From Octopus vulgaris (Eukaryota): a stretch of 64,000 nucleotides of DNA. The translations under genes and the position numbers were made by a program. The stretch is from positions 56,730,001 through 56,794,000 of the forward strand of contig OX597815.1 in assembly GCA_951406725.2 (NCBI GenBank), given 5' to 3'. Positions 51,905 through 64,000 of this stretch are shown one piece after another (positions within the stretch are counted from its first letter, which is position 1; every line of letters begins with the position of its first letter). Below the pieces are notes generated by a model, which worked only from the letters and a program-made list of their open reading frames with translations, did no database searches and was not told the origin of the DNA.

Positions 51905-53533
51905 TCATTTCTTGAATGACTCAAAGGCAAGCTTCTCTTTTCTCTTGAGATATGTGATGAAGGTTTCATCAAGTACAATTTTTCGAATTTGGGGACCTAT
52001 GAAGAAACCTTCTTTAATTTTAGCTTGACTCAGGGAAGAGAACTTTTCTGCAAGGTATGCAAATGTGGAGGATTCCTTGTCCAAGGCTTTCATGAATTGC
52101 TTAAAGAAACCAAGTTTAATATGCAAAGGTGGTAAAAAAATTCCATCACTTTTCACAAGTGGTTTGTACATAATGTTGTGTTTTCTTGCTCAATTTCATC
52201 TCGGATCGGCCAATCCTTGTGTACATAATGTTCAGCTTTTGCTCTGGAATTCCATAAGCAAAGGAAGCAGCAAAATTTAGTATAGCCAAGCTGAAGGCCA
52301 GTAAGCATGGCCACAACCTTAAAATCTGCACAGATATGCCAGGTATGGTCATCATACTGTATGCTTGTTAGAATTGCTTTCAGATTTTCATATGATTCTT
52401 TTATGGTTGTGCTATAAGCTATGGGAACAGAAGGCAGAGTGCTACCATTGTGTAGCAGAACAGCTTTGATGCTGTCCTTGGATGCATCTATGAAAAGTTG
52501 CCAGTTGGTTTTATCATATGGTATTTCCAGTTGCTCAAGAAGTTCAGTGATATCATTACAAAAGCATAAGTCATCCTTCATGGTGAATAATGCAAGCAGA
52601 TCTTCTGTATGTTTTCTGTACAGTGTTATTTTCACTCCTTTCTCAAGAAGATTACATTCTTGAAGCCTTGATGCCAGAAACTCACTTTTCTCTTTGGTTA
52701 AATAAAGATCCCTGCACAAGTCATTTACAGCCTCTTGAGAAAATGGTATTGGTTTATTCTCGCTTTCTGGATCATTGGGCTCTCCACATTCACCACTGGA
52801 ATGTTCATCAGCACTGCTGGAACTCTGCATTTCTTGATCTGGAGGTTTGGGCACAGGTAAATTTTCTGAGTGTTCTATTGGGCACATTGCTGATTGCAAC
52901 TTTGGGTAAACAATGTGTTTCTTTTTCTTTGCTGTTGTACAGCCCGTAAAGTCATGGTGACAGAAATAGCAATCATTAGAGTGATCTTTCTGCTTACACC
53001 AAATCCTTGGTACACCAAACTTCATGTGAGCATTTTTTCCTGCCTACCAGGCACTCAATGTCTTCACACATGTAAGGCAACACACATGAGGAGCCCATGA
53101 CTTATACTGGTCTCCTAAGTAACAATCGAAGTATGCCTTGTATATTTTCTTGATATGGCATGTAATACTGCCCTTTTCATGCAAATGTCAATTCCCCACA
53201 GATATAACAGAATCTGTTTGGATCATTTTTGCACTGTCTTGCACTCATTGTTGAAAACAAATAAGATCTGAACGATAAAAAATAATATTAAACACAAGCT
53301 TTGAATCACATTTTAGGTGTTACTAAGATTGGTCTCTAGCCCTGGGTTGAAACCCATTTTACAATGTGGTAGAGAATTTAATTTAATAATAATGACAAAA
53401 AGAGTATACAGTGACAATTGTGTAGAAACTATGCCTAATTCAACAAAAAGAAGGCCAGAAATGGATTTCCCATGTCATTTTGCATATAAAAATGGCCACA
53501 GATCTCTTGTACTTTTTTGAGTATTGCACAGTG
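51905..53533 (-). mobile_element. Chapaev3-like (CMC superfamily) DNA transposon, 3'-truncated
   Basis: Left terminus CACTGTGCAATAC at 53533; MSARQCKNDPNRFCYICGE start (~53249); DHSNDCYFC, WQLFIDASKDSIKAVLLHNG, GYTKFCCFLCLW, LPPLHIKLG, KIKEGFFIGPQIR. Confidence 0.85.
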
Positions 53534-53598
53534 TATCCGATATCAAAGTCTAGTAATGTAATACTATTTAAAACCTTTAATCTTTTTCCTATATATTT

Positions 53599-55013
53599 TT
53601 AAAAACATTGAAGAAAATTTATGATTACAGTGAACTTATTTAATGTTTTAGGTCCAAAAGTTTTGAGAATGGCGAGAGATTTCCTTATGCATAACCTACA
53701 TTTATTAATATTGGCACTAAAACAAGGGGCCCTTGAAATCACAGACCATTCAAGATTGTAAATTCTTTTGCCCCTCCTTAAACTCTGTATGTAAGAAGCC
53801 AATGTAGTCAAATTACAGTATTTATCATTAGGAAATGAATTTATATGGGCTCTGTATCTAGCCTTAAAATTAACGGCACTACCAATGTAGATCCTATCTG
53901 AACTGCCTCTTCTTTGATGAGGCACATCAGTAATCACATTAGTAATCAGACATGATCCCTTCAAAGGGCATAATTTAGGGTCTCTGAAGTAACAGGTTTT
54001 ACCAGCTCTTCCCTACCCTTATTCCTAATTCTAACATTGTTAACCAGGTCTGCTATATGCCTCACTTCAAGTCTCTGCATTGTGTGGGTTGGTAATGTTG
54101 GTAAGGGCGAAAGGTTGGTAATACCAGTGTTAGGTTTATTGGAGCTTACAATCCCATTGCTATAACCAGTGACGTGGGACAACTACTTTTGCATTTGCCC
54201 TCTTAATTTGCTTCTGTTGATAGATGCCATGATAGAGGCTAAGTTGGGCATTACCGATTAGGAAAACTTTATGGTGAATTTATTACAAATTGTATGATAT
54301 TTATGACTCTTAGGGAAGTTCACCTTGAGAAGCTTAAAGAATAACTTGGGAGGTTCCTTACCCTAAGAGAAGATCTGGGTGGGTGGGGGCAAACCATATG
54401 ACTTCTCTCCTTCTAAAGCAAGAGTTCTTAGTTCTACTTAACATTTCACGGCAGTTATTTTTCTTTCAAAATTAGTTCTTAAAGTTCCCATGTATATATC
54501 TACCAGATGGCTTGTACTTTTTACAGCTAACTAAGGTGTTGTGCTTCTCAAGATTTTCCGCAACATGGTCTGGTGGTAGGCCAGCCAGTTTGTTCTCAAA
54601 TCTTGTATCGGGTATATACGATATTTTAGTCTTAAATCCACTTAAACACAGAACATAGTTGTAAACAGGTGCATGTGGATCAAAAATCTCCAAATTAGAT
54701 ATTCTTATTGAAATAGCAGTAACAATGCTATCTATGGTGGATTTTCAATGATTTGAGGAGACATTAATATTGGAGGTGGATTTGTTAGGCTTGCAAAAAG
54801 GGTAATACTAACTCATACCAGATCCAAGGTAACACCTAGGAAATTCATTACTCTTAAATTGACACCAAATATTATATTAAGATTTTTAAAATCCTTCAGG
54901 AAGCTTCTCAGGGATTTCCTAAATCTATTTAATGCAGTTTTTGAATGTCCACATACATCTAGGAGAGTAATAATAAACCTCAGAGTAAGTTTTAAACAGT
55001 AGCTACAACACAT
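53599..55013 (-). mobile_element. Decayed Penelope-like element, distinct family
   Basis: MNFLGVTLDL (RT), KTCYFRDPKLCPLKGSC linker, IYIGSAVNFKARYRAH (GIY-YIG), KCRLC. Confidence 0.8.
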
Positions 55014-55706
55014 CGTGAGGTATATTTGCCATTTAAATATGGCTAACCCCTAAGGATGGATGCTACTGTAGTTTGTAGCACCAGGAGGACACCTCCTCCA
55101 GCTGGCTATAGACACACTTTCTGTGCCCTATCAGTATTTGCAAAGGGAAACCATCCTTCCCATCTTCAACTTATGATACACACGGACTCGAGTTTCTGAG
55201 TATTGACCTGTCATCAGCGTGTGACAATCACAGTTGTCGATGAGAAGTAAGTTCCCTTCACAAATACTTAAACCTTTTTCCAGTATCGATAGACACTGGA
55301 AAAAGCTACAGGAAACGAAAAGATGAATGATCACAATAAGCAGTCAACTACCCTACACTAGTCGTTACCACTCCCAATGTAGGATTCCTCACCATGCAGG
55401 TGACAGGCACAGCCGTAAGATGCATTACGAATCTATAGCAATTGGAAGGGCATGACCCAACTGAAATAAACATTAACAACTATGTGACGTGAGGGCTAAG
55501 GAGAAATGAAAGTGTCACCTCTGGAGTTTGCAAATGACCACTATACTGATACGTAACTGGACAAAATAAATTTGCAATCTATAAATGTCTTTGAATAACC
55601 AGTCACTCATGTGGGAAGGCCTTGAAATCAATGTTACTATCTGTGGATAATATTTCAAGTGTTGCGACATCAATGCCAGTATACTCGCATTACTATTGTC
55701 TAGGTA

Positions 55707-55779
55707 AATGCAGCTGATGAAGACTGATAAAATTTACGTTGTCTAATGTATTTGAAGAGTCAAAAACCAGTCCTGCATT
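55707..55779 (+). ncRNA. Minimal type-I hammerhead ribozyme, GAAA box mutated
   Basis: aatgcag-CTGATGA-agact...agtc-aAAAACCAGT-C-ctgcatt; perfect 7-bp stem I and GUC site. Confidence 0.65.
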
Positions 55780-56034
55780 ATCCAATTCTGGGTAGTCTAT
55801 TTTTTTAATGTTCTTCCTAGAGGTAAGACAAATATTTCATGTTTGTTGCACACACACGTCTTTGCCAGTATATACGCAGTAGAGCTTTACAATAGCATTG
55901 TATTTACATCGATTGCTATTTTCCAGTAAATATTGGTGCCACTTATCTGTTTTTATATATATACTTCTACCCTTATGGTGCTTTGTCTTACTAGAAAGTA
56001 CTACATTTGTATTGCAATATATATATATATATAT

Positions 56035-59000
56035 GTAAAAAAATACAAACTGGGGCAAGAAAGCAAAACATTTAGAAGACGATACAAAAAACACGGACGG
56101 GACATTCGTAGCCTTCAATCTTCAGTCAAGAACCGGATCATCCTCGCAATTTCGGCTGATTAATCTTGAGATTGCTCCAATCTGGCCAGCCCCAAGGAAA
56201 ATCTGAGCTAAGTGCATTAGATTCCTTGGAAGAAAGCTTCGAATGTATACAAAGCAAAGACGGAAAAACGGACGATGTTACATGAATATGAATACAAAAA
56301 TACGTAAAAGCAATAATAATAATACGTAAAAACAATAATGATAATAATAATAACAAAAACAGGACGTCACAAACAGGCGTCTTTCGACAGGATGAGTAAA
56401 CTTTGAGCTGGCATGTTAGAAAAATGCCTTAGGGCAGAGAGAAAAATATGTGTCTTGCCACAACGACTGCTGAACACCAAAGGCTGGCAGTCAGTCAGTC
56501 AGTCACGTGTGAGGAGAAGAGAGAGGAAAAGAGGGACAGAAGAATTAAGGAGGGGGAGAAGAGAGAGAAAAAAGGGGAACAAGGAACCAAGGAGGAGGAG
56601 AAGAGAGAGAGAGCTAGAAAGAGACAAATCAAAGTGAAGTGCAAAATAAGAAAGGCAGAGAAATGTAGGAGAGGGGAGAGAGACAGTGTTATAGAGTCGT
56701 ACCAAGGGAGGGAGTAAAGGTAAGGGAGTAAAAATGTTCATAGTATTCGCATAACTGTGCATGTCCATACATACACAGGTGCGTCGACATACCCACACAC
56801 ATGCGCCTATAACTATATAATCATCCACCCTCACTTTAAACACACTCATGTTCACCCACACATTCGCCAAAAAATATATACATACCCGCACACACGCTCG
56901 TACACACACACACAAGTGCACCCAGATATTCGCCAAAGAATATATACATACCTGCATACACGCTCGCACACACACACATGCACAAAAAAAGTTCATGTAC
57001 ATGTTTATATACGCACATGCACAAGGAAAAACAGGGCTAAAGCCAAAATACAGAAAAATGTGTAAAAAAGAAGTGTAAAAATAACCAAAACACATCTATA
57101 AATGCACATACTTGCATGCACGCACACTCACATGTCTATATATGCACATACTCACACACATGCACACATCCACACGCATGCACAAAAGATTCCATATACA
57201 TGTCTATATATGCACTGGAAAAATGCAGGATGGAAGGTAGAAAACAGAAAAAATATGTGTAAAAAAATATATGGGCAATAAACCTATAAAACAATATCTC
57301 TATAAATATATAAAAGTTTTATAAAAATATATTAGAAATATAAGTAAAAAGTATAGAGAGATGAAAAGCTTGTACGTGGAAACAATATAGGAAGCAAGTC
57401 TTATTTGTAGTCTCGGGGACCAAAAACGTAACACAGATATTTAGCCACATATGGGCATGATCCGAAAAGTTCAGTTCTTGAATTTAGACATGTGGCGGTG
57501 TCTGAGCTGCTTTTCCAGATGAGCCATCTTTCCATATCACAAAGACCACACTTTCCACTGCCGTTGGTGTAGGGCTTACACTTGGCTAAGATCTTCCAAT
57601 GGATGTTGTAACTGACACCTTTATTTTTTAAGGACCATATATGACTGGATAATTTAGTCGTTTTCCTTTTATCCCAGTGCCTGAAGCTCAAGGTGTGATT
57701 ATTGAACCTGACCTTGAAATTACCCTCTGTAAGGCCCACGTATTTCTTCATCGAAACCATGTCCTTAGTGGATGTAGAGTCCACGGTGGCTTCATAAATG
57801 ATGGTCTCGGACATGCAAGCTCCATTTAGCAGGCACAAATTTTTATCTCTGCATGAACAGCTGGTTTTATATTGTGGTTTTTGTGTGTTGTGTGTGATTA
57901 TATATTTAAAATTAGTAGTTGAGCTGAAACTGATTTTTAAGTTATGTCTATTGAAGAGCTTTCTGTAACTATGGTTGACTGGAAAATGCCTATCTATCAG
58001 TACTAAGAAATACTTGTCTATATTAAAGGCCACTTTGGGTGAGTAGGCGGATGTGAACTAGATAGTTTTCCTATTCCTATGTTTCCTCTTCTTTATTATT
58101 GGACTGGTGGTGGGTGTATAGGTTATTTCCTCATTAAATACACTATCTTTTAGAGCCTTATTTAGATGTCTCTATTGGAGGAGAGTCTAGAAATTCTTTT
58201 GCTAATATTTTAATTAAATTTTTAAACACTATGGTGGGATGGCAGGAACCCACATTAATATAGCTAAGTCTATCATTGGGCTTCCTATAAGGTTTATAAA
58301 TATTCTTATTTAGATCTAAGGATACATCTAGGAAATTGACAACTGTCATATTGGTGTCTGTAGTTATGCTAAGACCGAAAGTTTTCATCAAATGGATAAT
58401 GTCCTTCCTAAACTGATCCTGTGCTGGACCATTGGTATTTGCGTTTAAGGCGAGGGCATCATCTTTGTAAATGGCGAAGTATACGTCAGGAAAAGTCTTG
58501 CTCAACGTATCGAGTAGGAATAGTCCAATAAGATCGCATATGCCTGCTCCATCATATGACCACCCTATGCTCACATCGAAAGTACTCTCTGTATCGGTAG
58601 TCTTGACCCACTCTGAAGAGTAAAATCTTTCTAGCATGGAAGATTATGTCCTTATCTAGTGTACTGATTTCTATGAATTTGCTTGCAAAGGTGAGGGCTT
58701 TATCTAGCAGTTCCTTAGAGATAGAGGCATAAAAATCGACAATATTGAATTGCATGAATCTTGCTTTATTCTTATTCTTAATGGCTTTAAAGCAGTCAAC
58801 GACTTCTATACTATTGAACCATTGTACTAACCTAGTGGCATTCCTGACTTTCGCATTGATTTTTCCTAAAATTTCTTTACTAAGAATACCAAGATCTGAT
58901 TTAGCTGGGTTAATAAGCCTACCTTTAGGATTAGATGTGAAGTTCTTTTTATGGTCTTTGGTAAGTTATATAGGCCTCTTTTTTGGGTAGGACCTCTATT

Positions 59001-59335
59001 TTTTTTATCTAATTTAAGTCTGGTGGCAATAATGCTAGCTTCTTTATTAATTTCGTTATAGGTTTGTGGCCTAGCCTTGGTGTAATTATTGATGATGCTG
59101 TTGTGTAGAAGTCATGAATATGTGCTGTTTTCTACTAGCTATAAGTTCTTGGTTTTATCAAAAAAAAGTGCGGTTTTTTTTTTTTAAACTTTTTACGTAA
59201 TTGATATCTTTTTTCAGTTTCTGTCGGAAATTTTATTACGAAATTTTATTTTGTTCATGAGCTTCAGTAGGTCCGCTTCGAAGTCTTCCAAACCTTTGAT
59301 TTTTGGAGGGAATTTCTTAGATTTAATACCATAGA
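56035..59335 (-). mobile_element. Near full-length Penelope-like element (probable Naiad), same family as 11298-13961
   Basis: YGIKSKKFPPKIKGLEDFEADL N-terminus; QFNIVDFYASI; SYDGAGICDLIG; AIYKDDAL; SCSCRDKNLC; KYVGLT; KCGLC; 3' tail to ~56035. Confidence 0.92.
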
Positions 59336-59339
59336 ATAT

Positions 59340-59445
59340 ATTCTCTTGTGTGCGTGTGTGTGAGTGTGTATGCAGGTATGTATATATTTTTTGGCAAATG
59401 TATGGGTGAGCATGTGTGTGTTTCAAGTGAGGGTGGATGAGTATG
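59340..59445 (+). repeat. Inverted copy of PLE 3' tail segment at the element's 5' end
   Basis: Reverse complement of ~56815-56915 (tcatccaccctcactttaaacacactcatgttcacccacacattcgccaaaaaatatatacatacc). Confidence 0.8.
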
Positions 59446-60749
59446 AAGAAAGAAAGAAGATAAAATAATGCATTTCAAATAATTTCTTTTTTAGTCTTTT
59501 TTCTTTTACTTTATAGTCTTACTAGTTATTGATTTTGAATTCAGAAATGAAGCATTTATTTTAATGGCAAAGTGAAATTCTTTTGATGTAATTCAGGTGT
59601 TAAAATTACTGTAGAGGTACATTTATCTTTTGGCATATGAAAACCCAATCAACACAGCAACACTCTCCAGATTTTAGTTAAATAAATTATCGTTACTGTT
59701 GTTACAAACTGAATCTTACTATGGTATTGCTAACAACATTGAAACAATGTTTTATAACAGCTTGAATTGCTTTCTTATCAGTAATGTCCTAGTTTTATTA
59801 ATCTTTTCTTATAAGTGATCAAAGTCCAAATCAAGGAGAGTCTTTATGAACATATTTTAAGCATATTACTAGTCTCTGTTATTACCTTTGTTAATGGAAT
59901 GTTAAATGATTAAGAGATGTATAATTTGAGGAAGCAATGTTTTTCACTTGATTCATATTTAAAAGAAAGAGAATTGAGGTGAGCTTTTGAAAAGTTTCAT
60001 ATTCAGACTTTAATTGATATTTATGTTTTACATGTCAGCAACTATCAAAGTTTTATTAATGATCAGTCCATAAATTTTCTGGGTTCAGGTCTGCAGATGG
60101 TCCAAACCAAAGCCTGTTTCAATTTTAGGATCTTGGAAAAATTATTGTTCCACCTATCAAAGTTACTTCAAATTAAGGAGTTATTGAAACTATTGCTAAT
60201 TTAACAAAATGTGGGTCTTGATAAAAAGTATGAGATAACATGACGATAAATATATTTTACATATATGAAACTTCATAAACAGAAACTATCAAAGCTTAGC
60301 TTGTTGGATGGACTCTAGCTGTAATTCAAAGGGTCAGCTTTGTCACTTATTTCACCTGAGAATTATTTTATCTGGAAAATACACAGCTAGTTATTCTATA
60401 ATTTAATGAGTAAGCAATTCAGTTGATTGAACTGGAATATTTATCATTGAAACCAACTGAGATGCTTTTATATTAAGTAGATTAGCACCAATATAATTTA
60501 TTGAAAACACACACACACTCTAATATATGACAGGCTCTCTTGGTGATATGATTTTGGTATATGAGCATTCACTCGTTCGATCAATTGAATTAACATGCAA
60601 AATAGCCAAGTAACCCACTGACACATGTACACTCACCACAATTTGTGAGTGGAAGCAGAATGATACATTGACCTTTGAATTACAGATAAGTCCATCTATT
60701 TGTATATTTACATGTGTGTGTGCAATTATGTGTACTTATATGTGTGTGT

Positions 60750-60896
60750 AGGCACAGGCATAATCGTGTACTTGAGAAGTTCACTTTCCAACCACGTTTT
60801 CATGTTTAGCTCCACTTGGACAATATCTTCTATTATAGCCTTGGACTGACCAAAGCCTTCTGAGTGAATCTGGGAAATGGAAACTGAAAAAAGCCG
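60750..60896 (+). mobile_element. Decayed SINE 5' part
   Basis: tcttctattatagccttggactgaccaaagccttctgagtgaatctgggaaatggaaactgaaa matches the reverse complement of the SINE at 7060-7130. Confidence 0.7.
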
Positions 60897-61620
60897 TTAC
60901 CAATTCTGGGCGCTTTTCTTGAATTGCTGCCTTTAAATTATCCAGTTGCTAGCGGTACTTCTCAGAATTTATTGACTGGTTACTTGGCAGAAGCTCATAG
61001 TAAAGGATTCTTTTCCAATCCCACCAGATGCAGAGCATGACTTTCTTAGGATGGCTAAAAGTGGCTCATGTTGCTTATCCCAGGATCTTTCTCACTGAAC
61101 ATTTTTATAAACTATCCATTTCTCATCACCCATTACAATCTACTTCAAAAAGGGTGCATTTTCATTGTGTTTATACACCAAATCACAGTCAGAAATGCGA
61201 TCCAAAACTTCTTTTCACTCAGATTATGTGGTAACCAAACCTTGTAGCAATTTGAGAACCCAAGCTTCACTAAGTGCTTATGGATGATGGATTTTGATAA
61301 ATTTAGTGTTTCTGCCAATTCCTACGTTGTATAATGTGGGTTATTCTCAATCAATGTCTTGATTTGGTTGTCATCTGAAGTGGTGGTGGTGGTGGGAGTC
61401 TGCCTGAGCATTCTTCATCAATAAGGTTACAATCACCAACTCTAAACTTAGCAAACCACTTCTGTACAGTTCTGTCTGCTAAAGCACATATCTTTTTTGT
61501 TGCTTGCGAGGCATTTTTGCCTTCATGGTAATAATAAAGCAATAAGTGTCTAAAATTTACCTTATAATCTTCCATTTTCATAGGGATGCAAAATTGACAT
61601 GATTTAAGTAATTTTAAACT
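60897..61620 (-). mobile_element. Decayed mariner (Mos1/SETMAR-like) fragment
   Basis: MEDYKVNFRHLLLYYYHEGKNASQATKKICA..DRTVQKWFAKFRVGD...SGR (HTH); VMLCIWWDWKRILYYELLP at ~60990-61045. Confidence 0.85.
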
Positions 61621-61699
61621 TCCTTTCTCAAGAGATAGTTTGATGTGTGTGCTAGCCGGAAATGTAAGTATATTATATGTGTTGATAAATTTGACGTGT

Positions 61700-62200
61700 T
61701 CTAATGTGTTGGAACATGAACATCTACAAATTGGCATGAACTTTCCAGACAATCTGATACATGAGGATTTGGGGTATTCTTTTAGCACTCATTCTGATGA
61801 CATGGCCAGCCCTGTACAATTACAACTGCTTAAGGAAGCTCTCAGTTCCACTAATCTTACACATGCTAAACTGGTTGACATTAAACACTCTGACTTTTAG
61901 TGAATAACTGCTGATTGTCTTGAGACAGCCTTGGTGGAAGATATCTAGTTGGTTAATGTGCCACCTATAAGGTGTCCATGATTCTGAGCCATACAAGAGA
62001 GTAGTAAGAATGACAGCTTTATCAACCTTTACTTTGGTGTCAAGTTTAATGTCATTTTCATTCCATAGGCAATGGAGTCTGGTAAATGTGTTGGTTGCCT
62101 TCACAAGATGGTCGACGATTTCATCATTAAGGGAAGCATTCAAGTTCACTTTATTACCAAGATATGTGAATAACATTACATACTTTAGGCTTTTCCTCGT
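61700..62200 (-). mobile_element. RTE-BovB LINE 3' fragment
   Basis: FTYLG...TKVKVDKAVILTTLLYGSESWTPYR. Confidence 0.85.
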
Positions 62201-62307
62201 CAACCTCTATAGGAGTTCTTAGAGAAATTGTATATGTATATATGTACATACACACACATACATGCACACATATATACATACACACCTATATGTACATATA
62301 CGTATAT

Positions 62308-62360
<53 letters not shown>

Positions 62361-62493
62361 ATAATTTATATATTGTATATTTATATTGTGAAATTTGATT
62401 TAATACTAAATTGAATTTTTCCCTGTAAGTTTGGAGTTATACTACCTAATATTATTATATATATATAATATATATATGTGTGTGTGTGTATGT

Positions 62494-62538
<45 letters not shown>

Positions 62539-62618
62539 TAAAAATGGTAAGATAACAAAAAATATTATGTACATAGAGGAATTTATCTATAAAATAATAT
62601 GTGACAATTATTCAATAG

Positions 62619-62686
62619 CCAAGACAAAACTCTGAGTTTCGGATGCTGAGGTGGAAATCCACAACACCATCTCCTCAGTTATCTGG
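62619..62686 (-). ncRNA. Minimal type-I hammerhead ribozyme (canonical core)
   Basis: Minus strand: ccagataa-CTGAGGA-gatg gtg ttgtggatttc cac ctcag catc c-GAA-ACTC-a-GAGT-T-ttgtcttgg. Confidence 0.75.
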
Positions 62687-62754
62687 CCAGATAACCGAAG
62701 AGATGGTGTTGTGGATTTCCACCTCGGCATCCGAAACTCAGAGTTTTATCTTGG
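62687..62754 (+). ncRNA. Minimal type-I hammerhead ribozyme (CCGAAGA core variant)
   Basis: ccagataa-CCGAAGA-gatg...catcc-GAA-ACTC-a-GAGT-T-ttatcttgg; stem I agataa/ttatct. Confidence 0.65.
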
Positions 62755-62776
62755 CTATTTAATAATTGTCACATAT

Positions 62777-62834
<58 letters not shown>

Positions 62835-62864
62835 AAATAAGGATTCAGATAGAATCAGGTTCTT

Positions 62865-64000
62865 GAAAAATATGCACCAGGTCAGGTTGGATAAACCTGT
62901 GGTTCAAGCCAATGGTTGGTAAGTATCAAATAGGATATTCTGGTTGTGTACTCAGAGAAAACCAACCCTATGAATATTTAGCACCTGTTGTTGGTATACT
63001 CTATGGTATCCGACAAGTCATAAATCCCTTTGGTGTATTATAATCAATTGTGAAGTTGGAATATATCCCTTACACGTTTGAGTTGTTGAGCAATTGCATT
63101 AATACCCAGTCATAGTGCTGCAAGAGCTATGTCAGACAGAATCTACCTGCTTGAAAGCTATGCAGGTAGCTTGGAAGCTATGTAAGTCAGCAAGTCATTC
63201 ACTTCACAGAATGCAATTAGTTTCCTTCAGACTATTCGTTCCATGACTTTGCTGATGTGTCAGGTCAGAGAGATAGGCTTGTAGTTTTTAGCATTTGCTC
63301 TGCTCCTTCCTTTATGAATAGGGCATATTATTCCCTCCTTCAGTGTGCCTTGGAGCTTACTATTTGCAAGGAAGCTCTGAAAAAGAAGTTGCAGTGGTTT
63401 TGCTAGGGCTCGTTTGCATGACTTAAGAAGGATTGCTGGGAATCCATTGGTGCCAACAGCTGAGTTTGTATCTACCTCATCTATGGCCATTATTACATCC
63501 TCTTCTTTGATGCTGATGTAATCAATTATTACTGCCTCCCTTTCTGCATATATAGTGGCAAAGAATTCTACAGGTTTGCTGGCTTGTATGTGTCCTAAGG
63601 GTGGGGCGAAGACACTTCTGAATTGTTTCACTTATCCTCATTGAGTTTCCCATGAGGAAGCCATCTTTTTAGAGGAGTACCTCTACCTTGCAACACACCA
63701 AGGTAGTTTCTTTGGCATACTTACAGAAGGATTTAGGGTTTGATTTTATATTTTTTATAACTCAAGCTTCTTTGTCTGCCCTTTCTTTTTCATGAGAACA
63801 TTTCAGATGTTTCTCAATCTCCAGCAGTGCTGTTTCCAAGCAGGACTTCTCACTGCCATTGAGTTCTCTGTTAAAGCAGTTTTCAATCTTTGTATGCCAT
63901 CTCTTGAGAACTTTTTTTCTCTCTGGGAATCTTGTTTTAATGTGCCTTCCTCTCTAGGACAAAAATTTGTCCTATGGCTTGCTTTATGGACATTAATTCT
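62865..64000 (-). mobile_element. CR1/Jockey-group LINE RT fragment running off the window end
   Basis: SAVGTNGFPAILLKSCKRALAKPL...IICPIHKGRSRANAKNYKPISLT. Confidence 0.85.

Larger units (their letters stand above)
62588..62785. repeat. Spacer-less ~200-bp palindrome of PLE pseudo-LTR sequence
   Basis: Centre ctgg|ccag at 62686/62687; ~99-bp arms with few mismatches; right arm matches 13791-13888; embedded between (TA)n tracts. Confidence 0.95.

Noticed and set aside
56095-56200. CTGAAGA and CCGAAA motifs on the minus strand of the PLE tail
   Set aside because: Order and stems do not fit a type-I hammerhead by eye; needs a covariance search.
60129-60227. Possible exon between ttttAG and GTATGA
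   Set aside because: Stop codons in all three frames.

Overview
This is AT-rich eukaryotic genomic DNA, most likely from an octopus. That assignment is inferred from the recurrent tRNA-headed SINE and the CATCATCAT-type RTE-related SINE, which I recognise as octopus repeat families. The window is almost entirely a nested graveyard of decayed transposable elements. Retroelements include RTE and CR1/Jockey-like LINEs, three Gypsy LTR elements (two with both LTRs and TSDs), and three Penelope-like elements (PLEs) carrying the Naiad-type CxCx5C linker. DNA elements include Helitron pieces, mariner/Tc1, pogo, piggyBac, two hAT elements and a Chapaev3 element. Only one candidate host exon was found (46106-46335, + strand), so most of the window is probably intronic or intergenic. 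The most unusual signal is a set of at least four sequence-unrelated minimal type-I hammerhead ribozyme motifs. Three occur as head-to-head palindromic pairs (18320-18776, 44553-44641, 62588-62785), and other short palindromes appear to fold back at a hammerhead-like stem III. All calls are by eye; element boundaries without a quoted TSD or TIR are approximate.
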